A program made the translations under genes and the position numbers. This document shows positions 7,621 through 15,705 of a DNA stretch of 32,000 nucleotides, in pieces. A model generated the notes under the pieces. The model made no database searches. It was given only the letters and a program-made list of their open reading frames with translations, and had not been told where the DNA came from. The stretch covers positions 337,099-369,098 of the forward strand of contig NZ_OMOH01000003.1 of NCBI RefSeq assembly GCF_900289195.1, read 5' to 3'. This DNA is from Propionibacterium ruminifibrarum. Its GTDB lineage: Bacteria; Actinomycetota; Actinomycetes; Propionibacteriales; Propionibacteriaceae. How positions within the stretch are numbered: the first letter of the stretch is position 1; each line of letters begins with the position of its first letter.

Positions 7621-9000
7621 ATGGCGGGAGAACTGACTTCTCGTGTGGCGCCAGATGAAGCGACCGTGAACAGTGCCCTTGGCAAGGTGACCAAGCATCT
7701 CATCCCATTCCTGTTACTCATGTACGTGATTGCGTTCGTTGACCGGACAAATCTTGGCTGGGCGCAACAGGAATGGGAGGCTAACTATGGGATATCCACC
7801 GCTGCCTACACATTCGGCGCCACTTTGTTCTTCGTGGGCTACGCCGTCTTCGAGGTGCCTTCGAACCTGATCATGCACAAGGTCGGGGCGCGCTGGTGGA
7901 TGACCAGGATCATGATCACATGGGGCATCGTGGCGGCATGCTTCATGTTCGTCCAAGGACCCAAGACTTTTTATGCCCTTCGATTCCTGCTGGGTGTCGC
8001 CGAAGCCGGCTTCTTCCCCGGTGTGATGTTGTACCTGACTTACTGGTACCCTGCTGCCCGCAGGGCATGGGCGACCGGGCTGTTCTACATGGGGCTACCC
8101 ATCGCCAATATGTTCGGGAATCCCCTGTCCGGGAGCCTGCTGGAGCTCGACGGTGTTCTGGGTATGGACGGCATCCACTGGATGTTTCTGGTCGAAGGAG
8201 CATTGGCCGTGGTCGTCGGCATTATCTGCCCGTGGGTTCTCGTCGATCGTCCCAGCAAGGCGTCATGGTTGACTGAAGAGGAGCAGCGGGACCTCACCCA
8301 GCAAATCGAACTCGAGGAAGCGGCAAAGCAAAAGGCCAAGCCGATCAGTTGGGGAAGGGCACTGGCAGATCCACGCATCCTCTATTTCTGCCTGATCTAC
8401 TTCTGCATCCAGGCCTCTGTCTATGGACTTACGTTCTTCTTGCCGAAACAGGTCACCTCGATGACTGGCACGACGGCAGGTTTCAAAGCATCACTTGTCA
8501 CCGCGATCCCATGGGTGGTTGCTCTCATCGGAGTCCTCATTGTCCCCAAAGTCGCTGACCGGCGACAGAACCACCGTTTGCTGTCGGGGCTCATGCTGGC
8601 CTTCTCTGGAATGGGGATCATGGGATCCGCACTGTTTCTTCATCAGCTCGTGCCGGCGCTGGCGCTGCTGTCCATTGCGGCGATCGGCTTCACCTGTGCG
8701 CAACCCATCTTCTGGCAGCTCCCGACCAGGTACCTCAGTGGTGCGGCACTCGCCGGTGCCACTGGCTTGATCAATGCCGTCGGAAACCTGGGCGGTTGGG
8801 CTGCTCCGCTGCTGCGTACTTGGGCGACTCAGAGCGCATTCGGCACCGCAGACAGCCCAAATGAAGCGGCTGGTCTCGTGGTGCTCGGCATGGCGGGTGT
8901 CGTCGGTGTTCTGCTCGTCACCGGACTCAATTTCTTCAAGAAATCAGTAGAAGAACGTGAAGCTCTTTCCCTGCAGAGCGGGGAATCCTTGGACAAGTGA
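7621..9000 (+). CDS. MFS transporter, ACS family (L-rhamnonate/acid-sugar permease candidate, RhmT-like role)
   Basis: Perfect AAGGAGG RBS (7608-7614) 6 nt before ATG 7621. The track start GTG 7603 is unlikely. Signature VIAFVDRTNLGWA...GYAVFEVPSN...RFLLGVAEAGFFPG. First gene of the rhm-like operon. Confidence 0.85.
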   Translation: MAGELTSRVAPDEATVNSALGKVTKHLIPFLLLMYVIAFVDRTNLGWAQQEWEANYGISTAAYTFGATLFFVGYAVFEVPSNLIMHKVGARWWMTRIMITWGIVAACFMFVQGPKTFYALRFLLGVAEAGFFPGVMLYLTYWYPAARRAWATGLFYMGLPIANMFGNPLSGSLLELDGVLGMDGIHWMFLVEGALAVVVGIICPWVLVDRPSKASWLTEEEQRDLTQQIELEEAAKQKAKPISWGRALADPRILYFCLIYFCIQASVYGLTFFLPKQVTSMTGTTAGFKASLVTAIPWVVALIGVLIVPKVADRRQNHRLLSGLMLAFSGMGIMGSALFLHQLVPALALLSIAAIGFTCAQPIFWQLPTRYLSGAALAGATGLINAVGNLGGWAAPLLRTWATQSAFGTADSPNEAAGLVVLGMAGVVGVLLVTGLNFFKKSVEEREALSLQSGESLDK

Positions 9001-9035
9001 ATCATGGAGAATATCTGACAAGGAGGATTGGAAAG

Positions 9036-9818
9036 ATGAAAGAGTATCAGAAGGCTGTATTCCCAGATCGTCACACGGCCGTTGTGAGTGGTGCGGGAGC
9101 ACCTCGAGGGATCGCCCGCAAGACTGCCCACAGGCTAGCCGCCGAGGGCTGGGACATCGTGGTTGTCGATCTTTCCGACAAGGTGTTGGAGTTCGGGGAT
9201 GAACTTGCCCGGGAATATCCTGAGCAAGACTCCCTGGCAATCCAGCTCGACATCTCTGACGAGAATCAGGTGAAAAATGCCTTCGCTCGGATCAAATCGG
9301 AGATGCCGCCCGTGGTTGGTCTTGCAAATATCGCGGGAATTGCCTGTCCTGTGCCGTTGCTCGAACTGGACGCCGCGCTCTTCGACAAGGTTCTGGCGGT
9401 CAACTGCCGCGGCACGATGTTGATGATGAAGTACGCGGCTGAGCATATGAAAGAATATGGGATCGGACGTATCGTCAACTTCTCGTCCATTACTGCTCTG
9501 GATGGCGGAGGCACTTTCTCGAAATTCGCATATGCGGCGGCAAAGGCTGGGGTTCTTGGCATTACCAAGGGTGGTGCTCGAGAACTCGGACCCTACGGCA
9601 TTACAACCAATGCGGTTCTGCCCGGTCCGATCGACACCGACATCATGGGCGGTAAGCTCACGGACGAGCGCAAGAAGCAGATGTCCTCGAACATTCCAGT
9701 GGGTCGTGTCGGCCAGCCCGAGGAGATTGCTGCCGTGGTGTCCTTCCTCCTTTCTGCTGACGCCTCGTTCGTCAATGGCGTCTCGCTGAATGTTGACGGT
9801 GGTAAGCAGATGCACTGA
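9036..9818 (+). CDS. short-chain dehydrogenase/reductase (SDR), classical type
   Basis: AAGGAGG RBS (9020-9026) before ATG 9036. TAVVSGAGAPRGIA (TGxxxGxG-like), NFSSI...YAAAKAG (S...YxxxK catalytic triad), PGPIDTD. The track start 8997 overlaps the upstream stop and is less likely. Confidence 0.85.
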   Translation: MKEYQKAVFPDRHTAVVSGAGAPRGIARKTAHRLAAEGWDIVVVDLSDKVLEFGDELAREYPEQDSLAIQLDISDENQVKNAFARIKSEMPPVVGLANIAGIACPVPLLELDAALFDKVLAVNCRGTMLMMKYAAEHMKEYGIGRIVNFSSITALDGGGTFSKFAYAAAKAGVLGITKGGARELGPYGITTNAVLPGPIDTDIMGGKLTDERKKQMSSNIPVGRVGQPEEIAAVVSFLLSADASFVNGVSLNVDGGKQMH

Positions 9819-9892
9819 GTGGTATCTGGGTGGCGGGTCTTGCCTCAATAGTGCCCGCCACCCGGGGTACCTGAGAAACAGGAGGAGGGATC

Positions 9893-11101
9893 ATGACACT
9901 TCCGACGATCACGGATATCCGTGCTTATTTCATGGGCGGAGCGAGTTCTTCGAGTGGCGGCCAAGGAGGTGGTGATTATCACGATCAAGGATCTGGGCAC
10001 TGGATTGACGATCACATCGCCACTCCGATGAGCAAGTATCCGCAATACGAACAGTCTCGTCAATCATTTGGCATAAACGTGCTTGGTACGCTTGTGGTTG
10101 AGGTCGAGGCAAGTGATGGGACGATTGGGTTCGCTATTTCTACGGCGGGCTTGATAGGCTGTTTCATAGCCGAGCATCATCTATCCAGGTTCCTCATCGG
10201 TCGGCGCGTTGATGACATCAAATTGATTCACGATCAGATGACCAACGCCACGCATTTCTATTCCGGTGGTGGTGGCGTTGTCATCAACACGATCTCATGC
10301 ATCGACTTGGCGCTGTGGGATTTGTTCGGCAAGGTTGTGCAGCAGCCCGTGTACAGCCTGCTGGGCGGTGCGGTGCGAGATGAGATTCAGTTCTATGCTA
10401 CTGGTTCCCGTCCGGACTTGGCACGCGAGATGGGCTTCATTGGTGGCAAGATACCCACGCACTACGGACCGCATGACGGGGATGCGGGAATTCGGGCAGA
10501 GGTGGAGCGGGTCAAGAGGTTCAGGGGTCTGGTGGGGCCAGATTTCTGGCTCATGTTTGACTGCTGGATGAGTCAGGATGTCAATTATGCTGTCAAACTT
10601 GCCCATGCAGTGGCTCCGTTCGGCGTGAAGTGGCTGGAAGAATCGTTCCCGGCTGCGCAATATGAGAGTTATGCTGCTTTGAAACGGCAGATGCCACCAG
10701 GGATGATGGTCACCTCTGGTGAACACACTGGAAACCTTGTCGCGTTCCGAACGTTGAGTGAAACAGGTATCGACGTCCTGCAGCCTGATGTGGGATGGTG
10801 CGGTGGTCTCACCTCGCTCGTGGAGATCGCGGCGATTGCGAAATCAAAAGGGCAACTTGTGGTGCCGCACGGTTCCTCCGTCTACTCCCACCATGCCGTG
10901 ATCACGTTCGTGAACACTCCGTTCAGTGAATTTTTGATGACGAGCCCGGGTGCCGATGAGATCAGGCCCCAGTTCGATCCCCTCCTCGTCAATGAACCCG
11001 TTCCAGTTGACGGGCGGATCAGCAAAGCGGAACTCACGAAACCTGGCTTCGGAGTGGACCTCAATCGCGCATGCCCGCTTGAAAGGCCATTTGTGCACTG
11101 A
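9893..11101 (+). CDS. rhmD: L-rhamnonate dehydratase (enolase superfamily)
   Basis: GGAGGAGGG RBS. Near-collinear with my recollection of enterobacterial RhmD/YfaW: MTLP.I...[45 protein letters not shown]...[16 protein letters not shown]...MVTSGEH...[53 protein letters not shown]. Confidence 0.92.
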   Translation: MTLPTITDIRAYFMGGASSSSGGQGGGDYHDQGSGHWIDDHIATPMSKYPQYEQSRQSFGINVLGTLVVEVEASDGTIGFAISTAGLIGCFIAEHHLSRFLIGRRVDDIKLIHDQMTNATHFYSGGGGVVINTISCIDLALWDLFGKVVQQPVYSLLGGAVRDEIQFYATGSRPDLAREMGFIGGKIPTHYGPHDGDAGIRAEVERVKRFRGLVGPDFWLMFDCWMSQDVNYAVKLAHAVAPFGVKWLEESFPAAQYESYAALKRQMPPGMMVTSGEHTGNLVAFRTLSETGIDVLQPDVGWCGGLTSLVEIAAIAKSKGQLVVPHGSSVYSHHAVITFVNTPFSEFLMTSPGADEIRPQFDPLLVNEPVPVDGRISKAELTKPGFGVDLNRACPLERPFVH

Positions 11102-11103
11102 CC

Positions 11104-11949
11104 ATGGAGAAGCTGATGTCAACTGAAACGAGTCACGTTCCCCTTAACCGATTGAAAGAACGCCTTCGGGTTGGCGATGAACCTCAGCTGGGGTTGTGGC
11201 TGAGCAGTGGCTCACCGGCAATGACGGAGATCGCTGCGGGTGCTGATTTTGACTGGGGGCTCATCGACGGCGAGCACGGGCCCAACGGGATCGAAAGTCT
11301 CCTTGCCCAACTCCGTGCTATCGCTCCTCATCGAACGGCGCCGATTGTACGCCCCGCTGAGACGAGCCGGGTACTTATCAAGCAGATTCTCGACATTGGG
11401 GCACAGAACCTGCTGCTGCCGATGGTTGACTCCCGAGAAGACGCCGAGATGGCTGTCGCGAGTACTAGGTATCCGCCCCGGGGGACGAGGGGAGTGGGAG
11501 CGTCCATTGCCCGAGCAGGCCAGTGGGGCAGGATCAAGAATTACATGATGGAGACCGAAGATCAGCTCTGTGTGATTCTTCAAGTGGAAACTCGCGAGGG
11601 ACTGGCCCACCTTGATGAGATAGTGCAGGTTGAGGGTGTTGACGGTGTCTTCATCGGCCCTGCTGACCTCGGCGCCGCGCTGGGGAGTCCCCCCATCGAG
11701 GAGCTCAACTCCATCGTCTGCGAATGTCTGTCCAAGATCCGCAGGGCTGGTCTCATCGCGGGATCGATCGCGTTGGAGGAGGCCACGGCGCGCACTTACC
11801 TTGAAGCCGGGGCAAATCTTCTTGCGATTGCTTCTGACACTGATTTGCTTGTGCACTCCCTTGATGACTGCAAGAGCAGATTTGCCGATGTCACCACGAC
11901 TCGTGATTCACGTCGAGCTGGCTCAGGAAATAAAAGCGAGAAGGGCTGA
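11104..11949 (+). CDS. rhmA: 2-keto-3-deoxy-L-rhamnonate aldolase (HpcH/HpaI aldolase family)
   Basis: Starts 2 nt after the rhmD stop. LKERLR.G..Q.GLWLSS...DW.LIDGEH.PN...IKQ.LDIGAQ.LL.PMVD...TRYPP.G.RGVGAS.ARA..WGRI.NYM...VEGVDGVFIGPADL matches RhmA/YfaU as I recall it. Confidence 0.9.
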   Translation: MEKLMSTETSHVPLNRLKERLRVGDEPQLGLWLSSGSPAMTEIAAGADFDWGLIDGEHGPNGIESLLAQLRAIAPHRTAPIVRPAETSRVLIKQILDIGAQNLLLPMVDSREDAEMAVASTRYPPRGTRGVGASIARAGQWGRIKNYMMETEDQLCVILQVETREGLAHLDEIVQVEGVDGVFIGPADLGAALGSPPIEELNSIVCECLSKIRRAGLIAGSIALEEATARTYLEAGANLLAIASDTDLLVHSLDDCKSRFADVTTTRDSRRAGSGNKSEKG

Positions 11950-11973
11950 TGTGAATGCTGGGAAGAGCTACTA

Positions 11974-12783
11974 TCAGGTGTCCTGGGGGATCATTCGGCG
12001 TGAGACCATCGCCAGATGGTGGGTCATGGCATGTATGGCTGCAGCCTTGTCGCCTGAACGCACGGCATCGAAGATCGTCTGGTGTTCCCCGATCGCCGTG
12101 GGGGCATCGACCTTGCCCGTCCCACTCGTCTGCCGCATCAAATGAACGCTGAAACCCAAGGAGTTCACAGATCTGTTGATGTACCTGTTGCCGCAGTGAT
12201 TCAGGATCGTCTGGTGGAAGTCCCAGTCGCGATGGTAATAGTTCCAGATCGCCGCTCGGTCACTCATTGCGCCTTCCGCATCGAGCCTGTCTGCTGCTTC
12301 AATGTTGGCGGCAAAAGATGTTTCGAGGTCTGCGACCAGTCCTGGGAGATTTCTGCTCATCGCACGGTCGAGCGCGCTCGTCTCCATGATGAGCCTGGCC
12401 TCAATCAGCTCGGACATCTGCGCCGCTGACATCGGCGGGGCGACCCGATAACCGCGGTTCGCCATGCGCCGCACCAGTCCCGTGTCCTCGAGCCTGGCCA
12501 AGGCCTCCCTCACTGGTGTCTGCGACACCGCGAGATAGCGCGCCAGTCCATCGATCGTGAGCGGCGAGTTCGGTTCGAAGGACCCTGACGTGAGCATGTC
12601 CAGCAGAGCGTCGTAGACGTCGTCGCGTAATCCTCGCGGCCGGATGGGCCTCAGCTGGGGCATCTCTAGGTCGGGGCTGCTGCTCATGGGCCGGATCATA
12701 TCCAGCTGTTCAGGAACCAAGCTGTCTGCGCGCTGTGCCCGGACTGTTGCCCACGATTCCGCGCTGGCCAGAACCCAACTCAT
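11974..12783 (-). CDS. GntR family transcriptional regulator, FCD domain (paralog of 25311-26036)
   Basis: HTH LTIDGLARYLAVSQTPVREALARLEDTGLVRRMANRGYRVAPP. FCD part DWDFHQTILNHCGNRYINRSVNSLGFSVHLMRQT. Convergent with rhmA. By alignment with the paralog the true start may be ATG 12687 (MSSSPDLEM...). Confidence 0.85.
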   Translation of the reverse strand: MSWVLASAESWATVRAQRADSLVPEQLDMIRPMSSSPDLEMPQLRPIRPRGLRDDVYDALLDMLTSGSFEPNSPLTIDGLARYLAVSQTPVREALARLEDTGLVRRMANRGYRVAPPMSAAQMSELIEARLIMETSALDRAMSRNLPGLVADLETSFAANIEAADRLDAEGAMSDRAAIWNYYHRDWDFHQTILNHCGNRYINRSVNSLGFSVHLMRQTSGTGKVDAPTAIGEHQTIFDAVRSGDKAAAIHAMTHHLAMVSRRMIPQDT

Positions 12784-12817
12784 TACGAGTCCGCGGGCCG
12801 GACTGCGGCGCGACGCC

Positions 12818-12967
12818 TCAAGCGGCGGTCGTCAGTTCCGGTCCGCCGGGAGCCGTGCCGCTGAGTATGTCCGTGCGGAAAAGGGGGAGGACCACACCGA
12901 TGAAGGTGACCAGGGCGGCGAACAGCACGATCACTGAAGAACTCCTCTGCTGTACGAGGGCGGGCAT
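12818..12967 (-). CDS. candidate 49-aa single-pass membrane peptide (speculative)
   Basis: ATG at 12965-12967 on the minus strand. MPALVQQRSSSVIVLFAALVTFIGVVLPLFRTDILSGTAPGGPELTTAA has one clear TM helix. 38 of 49 codons end in G/C by hand count. No convincing RBS. It is part of a longer, otherwise implausible 178-aa ORF. Confidence 0.25.
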   Translation of the reverse strand: MPALVQQRSSSVIVLFAALVTFIGVVLPLFRTDILSGTAPGGPELTTAA

Positions 12968-13135
12968 AGGACCCGCACCTGACGAAGCCACAGCGCACTC
13001 CGTCGTGTGGAGCAACGATAGATTCACCGGCAGCCGATGAGCCAGGCCGTGACCGGGGTGTCGCCCCATCGTGCCCCGGGCACTGGGCCCAGCGCCCGGT
13101 ATGGTTGATGGCGACGCATCGGGGGAGGAGGTCTC

Positions 13136-13972
13136 ATGGCGGGTACCCGCGAGGGGCACTCTTCCGGCCCCAGGGCCAGGCAGTACGCCATCGCTCAGGC
13201 GGTCATAGCCAAGGGCAAGGCGACCGTCGAGGAACTCGCCGATCTGACCGGCGTCTCCGCCATGACGATCTACCGCGACATCGCGGTGCTGGAGCAGAGC
13301 AACATCGTCCAACTCCACAACGGCACTGTCGTCGCGGTCGCAAGCGGCTTGCACGAGGCCGATGCGGTCTTCCGGCTGGAACAGGCCTCTGACGAGAAGC
13401 GACTCATCGCTGCCGAGGCCGCCACACTCGTCGCCAATGGTTCCTCGGTCATGCTCGACGACTCGAGTTCATCGGTCTGGCTGCTTCGTGCCCTGGCAGA
13501 TCTGTCATCGCTGACGATCGTCACGAACTCCCTGCTCGTCGCGGGCGAGGTCACCGAGAACCGCTTGGCGCAACTGATCATGACCGGCGGCGAGTACCGG
13601 GCCTGGGCCCACGCCCTGATGGGACCGACCACCGTGCAGAACATCACGGCGATGCACGCGGACTACTGCTTCCTTTCCACCTCCGGTATCTCGTCGATGG
13701 CCTGCTTCCACCCCTACCAAGAGGTGGCCGAGGTCAAGGCCGCCATGCTGCGCTCCAGCGAGGTACGGGTGCTGCTCATCGACAACAGCAAGTTCAACCG
13801 TCGTGCGTTGTTCAAGTTCGCCGAGCTGAGTGACTTCGACCACGTCATCGTCGACGACAAGGCGCCCGAGGCTGATCTCAGGCACCTCGAGGATGCCGGT
13901 GTTGCCGTTACCGTGGCCGCGTCCCGGGGGCGACGCGGCAGGCAGACGGCCGTTACCGCGCACCGCGGCTGA
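13136..13972 (+). CDS. DeoR/GlpR family transcriptional regulator
   Basis: GGAGGAGG RBS. N-terminal HTH RQYAIAQAVIAKGKATVEELADLTGVSAMTIYRDIAVLEQ. C-terminal DeoR-C sugar-phosphate sensor-like region (VMLDDSSS...IVTNS...LIDNSKF). Confidence 0.88.
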   Translation: MAGTREGHSSGPRARQYAIAQAVIAKGKATVEELADLTGVSAMTIYRDIAVLEQSNIVQLHNGTVVAVASGLHEADAVFRLEQASDEKRLIAAEAATLVANGSSVMLDDSSSSVWLLRALADLSSLTIVTNSLLVAGEVTENRLAQLIMTGGEYRAWAHALMGPTTVQNITAMHADYCFLSTSGISSMACFHPYQEVAEVKAAMLRSSEVRVLLIDNSKFNRRALFKFAELSDFDHVIVDDKAPEADLRHLEDAGVAVTVAASRGRRGRQTAVTAHRG

Positions 13973-13979
13973 TGGCAGA

Positions 13980-14010
13980 CGCCCCGAGGCCCTCACCGGG
14001 CCGGCGTTTC
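13980..14010 (+). terminator. weak terminator-like hairpin after deoR
   Basis: CGCC..GGCCC-tcacc-GGGCC-GGCG followed by TTTCCTCT. The stem is imperfect, with an asymmetric internal loop. Confidence 0.3.
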
Positions 14011-14582
14011 CTCTCGTCGTGACTCAATTTATGCGCCTCCCACAAGGCATTTAACATATATGATGATATTTGAAGCATTCTCAAAGGTGACATACCTCAG
14101 CCAAGCTGTTACTGTTCAGTCATGGAACAGGTCATGGCGGACCGCTCCGGGGGTGTGATGCTCGCCAGGGCGACAACTGGCGTACAGGGCGGCGTCTTCC
14201 CGGCAGTCAGGGCCAACGGGCTTCCGAGTGGCGATCGTTCGCTGAGAATTACCTTGCCAACAAGGATTTTAGGGTTGCCTGAGGTGCTCGGTCCGCGGTT
14301 CTCGTGTGCCGCCGCTGATGGGGGTGGGTTGAACTCGGAGTCATGGCCGGCCGTTGTTCCATGGGGCATGACGCCTCGTAACAGTATTTGTGATGATGGT
14401 ATCGCTGATGCTGTTAATGACGTGTTCTCGTGGGTGGGGCTCGTTACGCGCATCGCACTGCCCACCCCGGTAAGCACCCCGTGACGGATTCAGTCGGCGC
14501 GTCACACCTCACGTGGTGAGCCCGCGCCACGCCTGACACCGGGCGCAACCCTGTCCACCACTGAACGAACAAAGGAACAAGG

Positions 14583-15662
14583 ATGTTCACAACCTCCCTG
14601 GGGGTCTTCCTCTTCGGCCTGCTGGCCGCCATTGCCGGCGGAACCGTCGGCGCTGCGATCGGCGGCAACTACGCGTTCGTGCTCGTCGGTTTCTGCGTAC
14701 TCGCCTCATGGGGCATGTTCGCCGCCACCGGCAGCACCTTCGGCTTCGACTACCTGGCCTTCGGCCCCTTCATGGGGCCGCACATCGCCTTCGCAGGCGG
14801 CGTCGCGGCGGCCATCTACGCCCGCTACAAGGGACACTTCGATGACGGCAAGGACGTCAACTCCCCGCTGGCCGGCCTCGGCAAGCCCAGCGTCCTGATC
14901 GTCGGCGCCTGCTTCGGCGTCTTCGGCTACCTCTTGCAGATCGGTGTCAGCCACGTCCCGTGGTTCGGTTCCCACACCGACTCGGTCGCCTTCACCGTCC
15001 TGTGCTCCGGCCTGCTCGCTCGTATCGTCTTCGGCGGTGTTCCGGGCAAGGGCCTGTTCAAGGGATCGCTGCACAACCCCGAGGCCTTCCACGCCGACGC
15101 CACCAGCTTCCCGGCCAAGATCAAGCCCGGTCCCAACGGACGCTGGCTCGAGTGGCAGGAGAAGCCCTCGCAGCTCATCACCATCGGCTCGCTGTTCGGT
15201 GTCTTCGCGGGAGGCGCCGCGCTCTTCCTGGCCGCCAACGTCGGTGCCCATCTCACCGAGAAGGGTTTCGCCAACAACCTTGCGGCAGCGAACGCCAACA
15301 CCTTCGGTTTCGGCATCTCGGCCATCATCATCCTGTTCCTCATCACCAACCGGAACATGCCCGTTCAGCACCACGTGACGAACATCGCAGGCCTTGCCGC
15401 CGTCCAGTTCTTCCCCGTCCTCATGGGGGAGAGCTTCGCCACCTTCACCTGGACCGCCACCTCGGCCTGGGACTCGCACACCTGGTTGATGGCCTTCGTC
15501 GCGATCCTCATCGCGGGTTTCTTCGGTGTCGTCGCGGCAGCGCTCGGCGAGTTCGCCGCCCGCCTCTGGTACAACCGCGGTACGAGCCACATCGATCCTC
15601 CGGCCGCGTGCATCTGGATCAGCAACACCCTCGTCGTCTCACTGGCGGCGCTGCTGTCCTGA
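14583..15662 (+). CDS. uncharacterised polytopic integral membrane protein (about 10 hydrophobic segments), putative transporter
   Basis: AAAGGAACAAGG RBS before ATG 14583. High GC3. Gly/Ala/Phe-rich hydrophobic segments throughout. I recognise no family signature. First gene of the operon that continues into the HAD, FGGY, G1PDH-like and araB genes. Confidence 0.8.
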   Translation: MFTTSLGVFLFGLLAAIAGGTVGAAIGGNYAFVLVGFCVLASWGMFAATGSTFGFDYLAFGPFMGPHIAFAGGVAAAIYARYKGHFDDGKDVNSPLAGLGKPSVLIVGACFGVFGYLLQIGVSHVPWFGSHTDSVAFTVLCSGLLARIVFGGVPGKGLFKGSLHNPEAFHADATSFPAKIKPGPNGRWLEWQEKPSQLITIGSLFGVFAGGAALFLAANVGAHLTEKGFANNLAAANANTFGFGISAIIILFLITNRNMPVQHHVTNIAGLAAVQFFPVLMGESFATFTWTATSAWDSHTWLMAFVAILIAGFFGVVAAALGEFAARLWYNRGTSHIDPPAACIWISNTLVVSLAALLS

Positions 15663-15705
15663 GGGCCCGCGGCCCGATCGCCACGAAGGAAGAAGGGAAC
15701 CACGC

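Noticed and set aside
7120-7698. 192-aa minus-strand ORF spanning the 7019-7620 intergenic region.
   Set aside because: It overlaps the RBS and start of the ACS permease and has Arg/His/Pro-rich composition with no motifs. The region is better explained by the duplicated promoter and gene remnant.
14109-14484. 120-aa (plus strand) and 122-aa (minus strand) ORFs inside the deoR-operon leader.
   Set aside because: Many codons end in A/T, which is atypical for this genome. There is no RBS and no recognisable motif, and the two ORFs overlap each other. The region is treated as non-coding leader (see finding).
15526-15705. N-terminal extensions of track ORFs: 15526 for the HAD gene, 18151 for the G1PDH-like gene, 19563 for araB, 7603 for the MFS gene and 8997 for the SDR gene.
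   Set aside because: The extensions overlap upstream genes or intergenic hairpins and encode Arg/Pro/Ser-rich junk. Internal ATG codons are preceded by strong AGGAGG-type RBSs and coincide with the start of family homology.
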